Assembly: GCA_027452085.1 (NCBI GenBank) | Contig: DAIDHG010000034.1 | Location: 1 to 10,496 of the forward strand | Source of the DNA: a bacterium | GTDB taxonomy: Bacteria > Babelota > Babeliae > Babelales > JABCYS01 | DNA: 10,496 nt | Direction: 5' to 3' | In this document: positions 1 to 8,002 of the stretch, piece by piece | Numbering within the stretch: position 1 is the stretch's first letter | Layout of the letters: each line of letters begins with the position of its first letter | The notes under the pieces: model-generated | The model's input: only the letters and a program-made list of their open reading frames with translations | What the model was told of the DNA's origin: nothing | Databases searched by the model: none | Translations under genes and position numbers: made by a program

Positions 1-1
1 A

Positions 2-1009
2 ACAAAGCTCATGTGTGTTGATACCATTGATAGCGATCAGCTTACACGCCAACTGCTGCACGCTGAGCAAGAACTCAAAAACGGTCGCACAATTATTATC
101 AATGTCGTCACCAAATCAGGCACCACCACAGAAACCATTATTAACTTTGAGCTCTTTCTTGATTTGGTGCGCCGCTACCATCGAAATGATTATCAGAGAT
201 TTGTAGTGGTCACGTCAGATGAAGATTCAGCATTGTATGAATTTGGCCAATCATCAGGTTTTTCGCTCCTATCAATCCCTAAAAAAGTTGGGGGTAGATA
301 TTCGGTATTTACGACAGTAGGCCTATTTCCTCTTGGTTTACTTGGTATTGATATCAGACAGCTTGTGGCAGGAGCACGTGCCATTTTGCCAGCATGCATG
401 GCAACCAATAGTATGCAAAATCCTGCGGCGATGAGCGCCATTATTAAATACATTCATTACCAACAATGTGTAAATATTAACGATCTTTTTGTTTTTGCCG
501 TCGACGCCCAGGCGATTGGTCTTTGGTATCGGCAGTTGATGGGTGAAAGCATTGGCAAAGAATTAAATAAAAACAATCAACGCGTGGAAGTTGGCATCAC
601 CCCAACCGTCTCCGTGGGTTCTATCGACCTTCACTCAGTCGGCCAACTATATTTGGGCGGGCCACGCGATAAGTTCACGACATTTTTAGAAATTGAGCGC
701 CCCGCTCATGAGCTGCATGTGCCGAATATGCCAGAGTTTGAGCAATTTGTTGCCAATATCCAAGGCCGCTCAGTTGCTTCGGTGATGCAGGCAATTCTTC
801 AGGGAGTGCAAGCTGCATATCGAAATAATAAACGCCCATTCAATAGAATTGTATTGCCAAGCATGAATCCGATATATGTAGGGCAACTGTTGCAATTTTA
901 CATGATTGAAATGATATATCTGGGCCATTTGTTCAATGTCAATCCATTTGATCAACCCAATGTTGAGCTCTACAAAAAGGAAACTCGCAATATCCTAGCT
1001 GGCTTGTAA
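2..1009 (+). CDS. pgi: Glucose-6-phosphate isomerase (5'-truncated by the window edge)
   Basis: PGI motifs are present: VVTKSGTTTET (SIS phosphate loop), VGGRYSV, QLMGESIGKE (catalytic Glu region), DLHSVGQ (catalytic His) and NPFDQPNVELYKK (catalytic Lys). The frame is open upstream of the ATG at 11 (aca aag ctc), so the true start lies outside the window. Stop TAA at 1007-1009. Confidence 0.96.
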   Translation, partial: TKLMCVDTIDSDQLTRQLLHAEQELKNGRTIIINVVTKSGTTTETIINFELFLDLVRRYHRNDYQRFVVVTSDEDSALYEFGQSSGFSLLSIPKKVGGRYSVFTTVGLFPLGLLGIDIRQLVAGARAILPACMATNSMQNPAAMSAIIKYIHYQQCVNINDLFVFAVDAQAIGLWYRQLMGESIGKELNKNNQRVEVGITPTVSVGSIDLHSVGQLYLGGPRDKFTTFLEIERPAHELHVPNMPEFEQFVANIQGRSVASVMQAILQGVQAAYRNNKRPFNRIVLPSMNPIYVGQLLQFYMIEMIYLGHLFNVNPFDQPNVELYKKETRNILAGL

Positions 1010-1846
1010 TAATTCAATATTGGTATCGGTTACCTGCGCCGCGCGTTTTAGACATGCCGTATATAATGCTTGCTTTTTTGATGAGCGAGCACATGGCGCA
1101 TAATACACCTTCTTTACGGGTAAAAAAGCAGATAATTGCGCCAGCGCTTTGTAGGTGCGATAACTTCCCACGGTTTGGGTAAATCTTTCTATGGTTGTGC
1201 TGCCGCAACGCCTGATGAGCGACCGGGCCAATTGGTAGCGAATCCAATATTGAGCATCACTTAATAAGCCAAGGGCACCATGATCGGTCACGTAGATCTG
1301 CCCGTGTTGCATCTCAATTTCTACCATGCCACGACCGCAGGGGATAGTATACGGCGCAATCTCTGTTGGCCGCATACAGAAGGCACTCAACCAAGCACTC
1401 ATCAAAAGCAGAGAAAAGCAGCCAATGCGCTGCCATTGATATAACGAACGCTTATGCAAAACAACCAACCCAATGCCAGCAATGATTGAAAAGGCAACCA
1501 CCATGTATTGATGACTATAGATAAGCCATGATGAAGAACCGTGTTGTAAAATGCCAAGCCATAATCCATGCCACCAATTCAAAGCCATACACAACCAATC
1601 GCAGGGAATACCGAGCGCAGTTGCGGTGCATATAAGCGTTGAAAAAAATAAAAAAACAGTCAAAAATGGCGCAAAAAGCAGATTGCCAACAATGGTCATG
1701 CCCGATGTAGGCAGAGCCCACCAACAGAGCAATGGAAGACTGCACAGCGTAATAAATAGTTGCAATTCAAGAGCTGGCGCCAACCATGTTATGAATTGTT
1801 GCCACAATCGATTGTGCATCGATTCCTTCATAGGCATATAACTCAC
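995..1846 (-). CDS. ComEC/Rec2-like membrane protein: C-terminal half of the Competence domain plus a degenerate metallo-beta-lactamase-like tail
   Basis: Several hydrophobic helices. LQLFITLCSLPLLCWW...TIVGNLLFAPFL resembles the ComEC 'AQLATLPL...LLANLLAVPL' segment. IPCGRG...IYVTDHG resembles the MBL-domain start DVGQG...LIDTG. The start is uncertain: GTG 1846 (AGGA 7 nt upstream) or ATG at 1837, 1831 or 1819. Confidence 0.65.
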   Translation of the reverse strand: MSYMPMKESMHNRLWQQFITWLAPALELQLFITLCSLPLLCWWALPTSGMTIVGNLLFAPFLTVFLFFSTLICTATALGIPCDWLCMALNWWHGLWLGILQHGSSSWLIYSHQYMVVAFSIIAGIGLVVLHKRSLYQWQRIGCFSLLLMSAWLSAFCMRPTEIAPYTIPCGRGMVEIEMQHGQIYVTDHGALGLLSDAQYWIRYQLARSLIRRCGSTTIERFTQTVGSYRTYKALAQLSAFLPVKKVYYAPCARSSKKQALYTACLKRAAQVTDTNIELLQAS

Positions 1847-3686
1847 GTGGTGTTCCTGAGCGCGGCATTTTATGCACCGCCAAGCAGGTAATTTTCATAG
1901 TTTCATTGCGCAGCTCATACGTTACCGCTTCGCCCAGACCACCTTGTAAATAATGATCTTCTACGGTGATCACACAACGATTTGATCTGCGTGCTGCCTC
2001 GATTACCGATTTTGTATCTATTGGTTTTATTGAATACAAATCAATAACATTCACCACAATATTCTGCTCTCGCAAAATATCATGCGCCTTGAGCGCTTCA
2101 AATACCGGGTAGCCAGCAGTGATTACACAGACATGAGCCACCTCATAAGAGCGCAAAAGATGGCACCCACCGATGGAAAACTTGTGGTCCACCGAATAGA
2201 TAATTGGCGTATCAGGCCGCAGTGTGCGCAGATAGGCAATATGCTCATAACGGGCCATTTCCGCTACCAATTTCCAGGTGCTTACGGCATCGCATGGATG
2301 TAATACGACTGAATTGGGTATTGCACGCATATAGGCAATATCTTCAAGGCCCATTTGAGATGGGCCATCTTTGCCAATAGAAACGCCCGCATGCGATGCG
2401 ACAAGTTTGATGTTTGATCGGCTGATGGCCGCCATCCGAATCTGGTCTACGGCACGTGATAAAAACGATGCAAAGGTAGAACAAAATGGCAATTTATCTC
2501 GCGCCGCCAACCCCACGCCCATGCTCACCATATTTTGTTCGGCTATAAAACATTGAAAAAATCTTTCGGGATGCTTTTGTTCAAACGTTTGCGCGTAGGT
2601 AGAATTTTTAACTTCGGCATCAAGGCTCACAATCTGCTTATGAGTATCTCCAAGAGCTGCAAGGGCTTCCCCATATGCCTTGCGTGTGGCAATAACAAGC
2701 TCCTTGCCTGCGCTCTTGTGCGCCTGTTCAGACAGATATGTTTTAAGCTTGGCACTATAGAGAGCCTCATCAATGCTCGAGTTTTGTGTGCATGGAATTT
2801 CATCCGCTGGTGGAAGGTTTGGCCGCCATACATATGAATTATCATAGGAGGCCTCCGCCTTAAACCGCATCGCCAAATCTCGCAGTGCCTCAGGTTCCTG
2901 CTCAGCAGAAAATGGTTTACCGTGAAACCCGTTTTTATCTTCAACAAACTCTACGCCATAGCCCTTCACGGTTTTGGCCAAAATAACTATCGGCTTACCG
3001 CTCATTTTTTTCGCCTCATCGTATGCAGCACATATTTCAAACAGGTCGTGGCCATCAATGGCGATGACATGCCAACCAAAGGAGCTAAATTTTTGCACAT
3101 CTCTCTCGATATTGTACCCCTCGACCGTTGGGCCCGTTTGCCCAAGACGATTTACATCGACAATGGCAATTAAATGGTCAGTACGATAATAGTAAGCAAG
3201 CTCAGCTGCCTCCCAAACGGAACCTTCAGAAGTTTCTGAATCACCCATCAACACCCACGTGCGGAAATTACGCTCATCGAGCATGCCAGCTAAAGACATA
3301 CCAAGCCCCATACCCAGACCTTGGCCTAATGAACCAGTTGCTACATCAACACGATCAAAGCGCGGCGTAGGGTGCCCTTCAAGGGCTGAATCAAATGAAC
3401 GATAGCTCATCAACTCCTGGTCTGTGATAATGCCCAACTGTTTATACACACCATAGAGCACTGGCGCTGCATGACCTTTTGATAATATGAAACGATCATT
3501 ATTTGGATTTTTATGATTCTGTGGATCAAAGCGCATCGCATAGAAAAATAGAGCAGCTACTAAATCTGCGCATGACAAAACTGATGTCGGATGGCCAGAT
3601 TTTGCCTGTGTGGTCATGCGGATGGCATCCACGCGCATGTTGTATGCTTTAACAGCAATAAAATTTACCAACTCTTGTGTGAGCAT
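1767..3686 (-). CDS. tkt: Transketolase, single-chain, animal TKT-like subtype
   Basis: Motifs SGHPTS, DRFILSKGHAAP, LEGHP, ATGSLGQG, ThDP-binding GDSETSEGSVWEA...DVN, IAEQNMV, DQIRM, DGPSQMGLED, YLRTLRP and TVEDHY. 639 aa. The ATG overlaps the upstream TAA (TAATG). Confidence 0.97.
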   Translation of the reverse strand: MLTQELVNFIAVKAYNMRVDAIRMTTQAKSGHPTSVLSCADLVAALFFYAMRFDPQNHKNPNNDRFILSKGHAAPVLYGVYKQLGIITDQELMSYRSFDSALEGHPTPRFDRVDVATGSLGQGLGMGLGMSLAGMLDERNFRTWVLMGDSETSEGSVWEAAELAYYYRTDHLIAIVDVNRLGQTGPTVEGYNIERDVQKFSSFGWHVIAIDGHDLFEICAAYDEAKKMSGKPIVILAKTVKGYGVEFVEDKNGFHGKPFSAEQEPEALRDLAMRFKAEASYDNSYVWRPNLPPADEIPCTQNSSIDEALYSAKLKTYLSEQAHKSAGKELVIATRKAYGEALAALGDTHKQIVSLDAEVKNSTYAQTFEQKHPERFFQCFIAEQNMVSMGVGLAARDKLPFCSTFASFLSRAVDQIRMAAISRSNIKLVASHAGVSIGKDGPSQMGLEDIAYMRAIPNSVVLHPCDAVSTWKLVAEMARYEHIAYLRTLRPDTPIIYSVDHKFSIGGCHLLRSYEVAHVCVITAGYPVFEALKAHDILREQNIVVNVIDLYSIKPIDTKSVIEAARRSNRCVITVEDHYLQGGLGEAVTYELRNETMKITCLAVHKMPRSGTPRELYAYEGIDAQSIVATIHNMVGASS

Positions 3687-5140
3687 TAGAAGGATGCTCC
3701 GATTTTAGCCCAGACGCCCCACTGCTGAAATGACGCGTTATTCATTGGGCCTTCATAAAAGCCACCAAACGCTATGAAGCCAGCAAAACTGCAGCCGCTA
3801 TAACCGTAGCCAATTGAACCATGTAAGCGGTTGGTAATTGTTGCGCCAGCACCACCACTCTCCAAATCAATATCTGAGATATTTAATGGTTGAAATGTCG
3901 TGTCATCAGGCGCAAGTTGTGCAATCGTACTATTGCTTGCTGAAACACCTGGTCCTGAACCGGCTATACCATATAAGCTAATGGGAATTTCTTCATCACA
4001 CTCATGGCAGGTCGTATGCATTAACTCAATACGCTCATGACCGTGTGCCCATAAGTTGTAGCCAAGCTCTATCTCAAGCATGTTATTCCATCGGCCACGA
4101 AAGCCAGTCACAAAATCAACAAACGAATCGGGCCGCACGTGCACTTTGCGCGTCAACACGTTCACGCCTGGCACATTGGTTTGAAAACCATCGCTGCTGT
4201 TATACATCATAAATCTACTCCATGGCTTTCCATGGAGATCAAACGTTCGGAGTTGCGTATTGCCCCACATGTATAAATGTTCGATTTCGGCAAACAAGAA
4301 AATTTGCCGTTCATCCCACTCTGAAGAAAATGGGATTTGAAAATTAGCACCAGTGCCATAGATGTAATGGGCGTTATTGCCTAAAAAAGGTGCAAATAGG
4401 TAGGTGCCTTGTTGTCGACTCGCGGTTGGGAATGATGCAATAGTATAAAGACCAACTTCCGCATCCCTGCGCGTGGCAAAATTTACCCCAAATTTTACTT
4501 TAGCTTCTGCAAGACCTGATTTTCGCGCACCACAACCAATCCGATCAAACCGCCAGGTTGCTTGATTGAATGCCTGTACAATGTCGCTTGGGCCAGGAGC
4601 TGACCCGGGATTTTGCACTTCAAATTGACGAAGTCCTGGATCATTTTTCACCACCACAAAAGGCAGCATCAGGCTAAACCAAAATGGTTCAAAAAATTTA
4701 GAAGCAGTAAATTCGGCAAGATCCTGTTGATATTCAAGAATGACACCAAATTGCTGTTGATGCGGGTGGAGCGACATTCTGCCCGAGAAGTTTGGGTTAT
4801 TAATACCCAGCCACTCAGCGCGCACGTCACGCGGCTCATGAATTGGTATTACCGAATCACCTTGTACCGTAAGCACTTGTTTACAATGAGGCATAAAGTA
4901 AGTTGCCGCTTTATCATCATAATCGGTATTGGTGCCAGTTTTTTGATAGAAAGGCAAGATTTGCAAACAGCCAAGCACGGGCCCTTGCTTCGTGCGTGAA
5001 TAATAATGCCAGAGCGCTTGCTCTGAAGCTAGATTATGCGCAGCAGGCCGAAAATACATAAACGAATGGCTGCCATAATGCTCCAATGCCTGCGCTGGCA
5101 GTGAAAAAAGGAGCAATACGAGCAGTAACAATTTCTTCAT
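3686..5140 (-). CDS. Secreted hypothetical protein, probable outer-membrane beta-barrel (484 aa)
   Basis: The ATG at 5140 has GAGGA 7 nt upstream and is preferred over GTG 5167. It has a Sec signal peptide MKKLLLLVLLLFSLPAQA, many alternating aromatic/Gly strands (e.g. LEIELGYNLWAH, FAGFIAFGGFYE), and a C-terminus WGVWAKIGASF ending in Phe like a BAM beta-signal. Confidence 0.75.
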   Translation of the reverse strand: MKKLLLLVLLLFSLPAQALEHYGSHSFMYFRPAAHNLASEQALWHYYSRTKQGPVLGCLQILPFYQKTGTNTDYDDKAATYFMPHCKQVLTVQGDSVIPIHEPRDVRAEWLGINNPNFSGRMSLHPHQQQFGVILEYQQDLAEFTASKFFEPFWFSLMLPFVVVKNDPGLRQFEVQNPGSAPGPSDIVQAFNQATWRFDRIGCGARKSGLAEAKVKFGVNFATRRDAEVGLYTIASFPTASRQQGTYLFAPFLGNNAHYIYGTGANFQIPFSSEWDERQIFLFAEIEHLYMWGNTQLRTFDLHGKPWSRFMMYNSSDGFQTNVPGVNVLTRKVHVRPDSFVDFVTGFRGRWNNMLEIELGYNLWAHGHERIELMHTTCHECDEEIPISLYGIAGSGPGVSASNSTIAQLAPDDTTFQPLNISDIDLESGGAGATITNRLHGSIGYGYSGCSFAGFIAFGGFYEGPMNNASFQQWGVWAKIGASF

Positions 5141-5147
5141 AACATAG

Positions 5148-5152
5148 TCCTC
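5148..5152 (-). promoter_or_regulatory. Shine-Dalgarno site for the beta-barrel gene
   Basis: The minus strand reads gaaGAGGActatgttATG. Confidence 0.7.
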
Positions 5153-5187
5153 TTCAAAATATAACACCCTGTATAAGCAACTTTATA

Positions 5188-6042
5188 TCAAGCTTTTTTC
5201 TTTTCAACTAACTTGATTGCATCTTCAATTGAAGCGCCATCTAAAGTGATTGCTGCAATTGCTTGTGTCATCGCGATTGCCTGCGTAAGAGGATATGCAA
5301 AAATATTTCTTCCCGTTGCATTACCTGATGTATGACCGATATGAATCTGCTCATACAACGACTGCAAGAAATCACGTGGCGGAATATTTACCCCACCAGA
5401 ACAAATTAATTTTGTTGTGCCCGCAGCTTGCGAAGCCACAGCCAACCATTCAGCTGATGACTTTCCTTCACTCTCATGCGGCGGATTTACTTTGGCAAAA
5501 TCAGCACCAAGCGCGCATGCCACGCCAGCTGCACCCGCGATCAACATACCATCGCGATCGTTTGTAACTGCTTGACCACGCGGATACATCCACAGAATAG
5601 AGATAAGATCATTCAGCTGTGCTTGGTACACCATATTTGCAGCTTGCTCAAGCATCTGATCTTCATATTCTGATCCAAGATATACCGTGATACCAACACC
5701 GATGATTGAGAGCTTGTGACGCTTTTTTGCTTGGAGTGCCTGCTCCACACTCCATAATTGGCGAGAGAATGGATCCCTTTGTGCCGTTGGCACAATATTT
5801 GTTTTGCTATTGAGTTTTGCAACATATGGCACCGATGAGAAATGCGGCCCATATTTTTCAATCATGCCCAATTGTGTGGCCATGGCACTAATGCGCCCGG
5901 ATGCCGCAATCTTGAATAAATGTGCTGGATCATTGATTTCAGTCGGTATCTGCGGACCATAAAAATTCTTATTAAGATGCTCAATTTTTTGATCGCAGGC
6001 ATACAGCATGAAACGATCAAACACACTAGATAACTTTGTCAT
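5188..6042 (-). CDS. Class I fructose-bisphosphate aldolase, DhnA/archaeal-type family
   Basis: YACDQKIEH (conserved Asp), WMYPRG (proton-donor Tyr), GADFAKVN (Schiff-base Lys), ICSGG and GNATGRNI (phosphate binding). Neighbouring pgi and tkt support the call. Confidence 0.88.
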   Translation of the reverse strand: MTKLSSVFDRFMLYACDQKIEHLNKNFYGPQIPTEINDPAHLFKIAASGRISAMATQLGMIEKYGPHFSSVPYVAKLNSKTNIVPTAQRDPFSRQLWSVEQALQAKKRHKLSIIGVGITVYLGSEYEDQMLEQAANMVYQAQLNDLISILWMYPRGQAVTNDRDGMLIAGAAGVACALGADFAKVNPPHESEGKSSAEWLAVASQAAGTTKLICSGGVNIPPRDFLQSLYEQIHIGHTSGNATGRNIFAYPLTQAIAMTQAIAAITLDGASIEDAIKLVEKKKA

Positions 6043-7669
6043 GAATTAAAACCTTTTCGGCTATTTTGCTAAACAACGGTGCAGCGGTGGTACCCGCATA
6101 TACGCCTTTTTTACCAAGATCTTTTAAGAAGGTCACGATAATACGCTTATAATCACCCTTCTCGACAATGCCAATAAATGAATAAATATTATTATGCGGT
6201 GAATATTTGCCATTGACGACCAAATTTGCCGTACCTGTTTTTCCTAAAATTTTATAGCCATTGATCGCTGCATTCTTTCCCGTGCCATGATCAACCGTCA
6301 TTGATAAGATATCACGCATTTGATTAATGGCTTTTTTGCTATACAACGGTTTATCCGAGCGGTTCACTTCACCATCTTTGATAATTGTCGGTCGCACCAA
6401 ATAACCATCATTTGCCAGAATGCTAAAAGCAGTCGCCATCTGTATCAATGACACGGTTGCCTCATACCCAAATGATAAAACTAAAATTGATGAGCGCGAC
6501 CATTTGTTTGGTGGATTTACAAAACCTGATTGTTCACCTGGCCAGTTCAATCCAATTTTTGCGCCAAAGCCAACTTTGCGATAATGGTCATATAATTTTG
6601 GCCCCAGTCTGAGCGCAACTTTTGCTACCCCAATATTATTTGAATCGGCAATCACCTCAGAAAATGGAATGATGCCTTTGGCATGCACCGTGCCAAACTT
6701 AAATCCATTGATACAGCTAAACTTCGCATTCTCACAATCAATTAATTCGTCAGGTTTGACCACACCCTCTTCTAAGGCAGCCAAGGCCAAGAAAACTTTC
6801 ATGATTGAGCCGGGCTCGTGCACATCAGTCACCATACGATTTTTAGCCAGATGTTGGTCAACCTTTTGCGTATTCTCCGGTTCAACGGATGGGTATTGGG
6901 CCATGACAATAAGCTCACCAGTAGCCGGATCCATCACCAATACGGCGCCTTCACGCGCCCCACAGGAAACAACTGATTGCTTTAATTCTTCCGATGCTAA
7001 AAATTGAAGATCGCTATCAATCGTCAACTGGATCGGCACCGGCTCTGAGCCCACCACCTTTGTTTCTTTGGCGAAGTAGCAATGGCCAGAGCGCGCATCT
7101 TTTTCAATGCGATACGTAGAGGGAGAGCCAGATAGCTGTTTATTGTACATGAGCTCAATGCCAAAAAGACCACGATTATCAATATCAGTCAACCCAATAA
7201 TGGAAGCGGCAGACGGTAAAGGATAATAACGACTCGGCTCGGCGAGCAATTGCACATCTTCAAGCCCGCTATTGTTTATCAGAGCAATTTGCTCAGGCGT
7301 TAATTTGCGCTTTACGAACAAGAAATGGGGTACATTTTTATTGGTCTCAACTTTCATCAAACGTTCAAATGCCTGCGGAAAATGTTTTTTCAAAAAACTC
7401 TTCGTTTCTTTGGCCGTTTTTAATGACTTAGGCAAAATAAAAGCTGAAAGTTGATCTTTATTGATCGCTAAATTTTTACCATGACGATCAAATATTTCTG
7501 CTCGTGGCGGCATAGATGAAACCATCACATGATACTGACGTGAACCCAACTCTTTAAAAAAATGTCGCTGACGAATTTGTATGGAATAGAGATTAAACAG
7601 GATTAATGCATAGAGTGCACAAAAAAGGAGAAATACAAAGCCGGTGCGAAGCTTACACTCTTGCATCAT
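6026..7669 (-). CDS. ftsI: Class B penicillin-binding protein (FtsI/PBP3-like peptidoglycan transpeptidase)
   Basis: N-terminal TM anchor, dimerisation-domain motifs RAEIFDRHG, RYYP and GLFGIELMYN, then LTIDSDLQ. Catalytic motifs SxxK (EPGSIMK), SxN (SNN) and KTG (GKTGTA). No PASTA domain is apparent. It lies directly downstream of an ftsL-like gene. Confidence 0.9.
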   Translation of the reverse strand: MMQECKLRTGFVFLLFCALYALILFNLYSIQIRQRHFFKELGSRQYHVMVSSMPPRAEIFDRHGKNLAINKDQLSAFILPKSLKTAKETKSFLKKHFPQAFERLMKVETNKNVPHFLFVKRKLTPEQIALINNSGLEDVQLLAEPSRYYPLPSAASIIGLTDIDNRGLFGIELMYNKQLSGSPSTYRIEKDARSGHCYFAKETKVVGSEPVPIQLTIDSDLQFLASEELKQSVVSCGAREGAVLVMDPATGELIVMAQYPSVEPENTQKVDQHLAKNRMVTDVHEPGSIMKVFLALAALEEGVVKPDELIDCENAKFSCINGFKFGTVHAKGIIPFSEVIADSNNIGVAKVALRLGPKLYDHYRKVGFGAKIGLNWPGEQSGFVNPPNKWSRSSILVLSFGYEATVSLIQMATAFSILANDGYLVRPTIIKDGEVNRSDKPLYSKKAINQMRDILSMTVDHGTGKNAAINGYKILGKTGTANLVVNGKYSPHNNIYSFIGIVEKGDYKRIIVTFLKDLGKKGVYAGTTAAPLFSKIAEKVLIHDKVI

Positions 7670-7938
7670 GATGCATTCTCAAGTTTTCGTATCTGAGAAA
7701 TTTTAATCGGTTCTAAATGCAACTGTTGCTGGGCAACTTTTTTGACTTGCTCGTGCGAATGCAATGCATAGCGCTCTTGCGTCAGATGCTTTTTTTGTTC
7801 GCGTAGCGCTAAAATCGTTTTTTCTTTACGCTGCTTTTCATAGGAAAGTCGAATAAATGCATTTTGTTTATGAATAGTAAGCAACACAAATGCGATATGC
7901 GCACTTACAAAAATAGCGATAAAAAGCGGTCGATTCAT
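7666..7938 (-). CDS. ftsL: FtsL-like cell division protein (single TM plus coiled coil)
   Basis: 90 aa with an N-terminal TM helix and a heptad coiled coil. C-terminal VKKVAQQQLHL resembles the FtsL/FtsB 'IE.IAR..LGM' motif. It overlaps the ftsI start by ATGA, the canonical ftsL position. Confidence 0.72.
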   Translation of the reverse strand: MNRPLFIAIFVSAHIAFVLLTIHKQNAFIRLSYEKQRKEKTILALREQKKHLTQERYALHSHEQVKKVAQQQLHLEPIKISQIRKLENAS

Positions 7939-7974
7939 CGTACACTCGCACTAAATTTTAGATGGTAGCAACTC

Positions 7975-8002
7975 ATTGTAGGTAAATTAATGGTTGCTGC
8001 AA
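7975..8002 (-). promoter_or_regulatory. Putative sigma70 promoter for the ftsL-ftsI-aldolase-OMP-tkt-comEC cluster
   Basis: The minus strand reads TTGCAG (8002-7997), a 16-nt spacer, then TACAAT (7980-7975), 36 nt upstream of the ftsL ATG. Confidence 0.55.

Noticed and set aside
1767..3686. 1-deoxy-D-xylulose-5-phosphate synthase (Dxs) as an alternative call
   Set aside because: DRFILSKGHAAP, LEGHPTP and TGSLGQG are transketolase signatures, and the Dxs motifs (WDVGHQ, GHSSTS) are absent.
3998..4009. CHEC in the secreted protein as a c-type heme-binding site
   Set aside because: The sequence is CHECD, not CxxCH. A loop disulfide or metal site is more likely.
4613..4999. 128-aa plus-strand ORF, and other short ORFs within 15-7454 (e.g. 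2535-2837, 2627-2947, 6669-7007)
   Set aside because: They lie antisense or out of frame inside well-supported genes and show no recognisable motifs; they are treated as shadow ORFs.
5141..5167. GTG start at 5167 for the secreted protein
   Set aside because: The extension MLYFEEDYV contains the SD of ATG 5140 and would put acidic residues ahead of a clean signal peptide.
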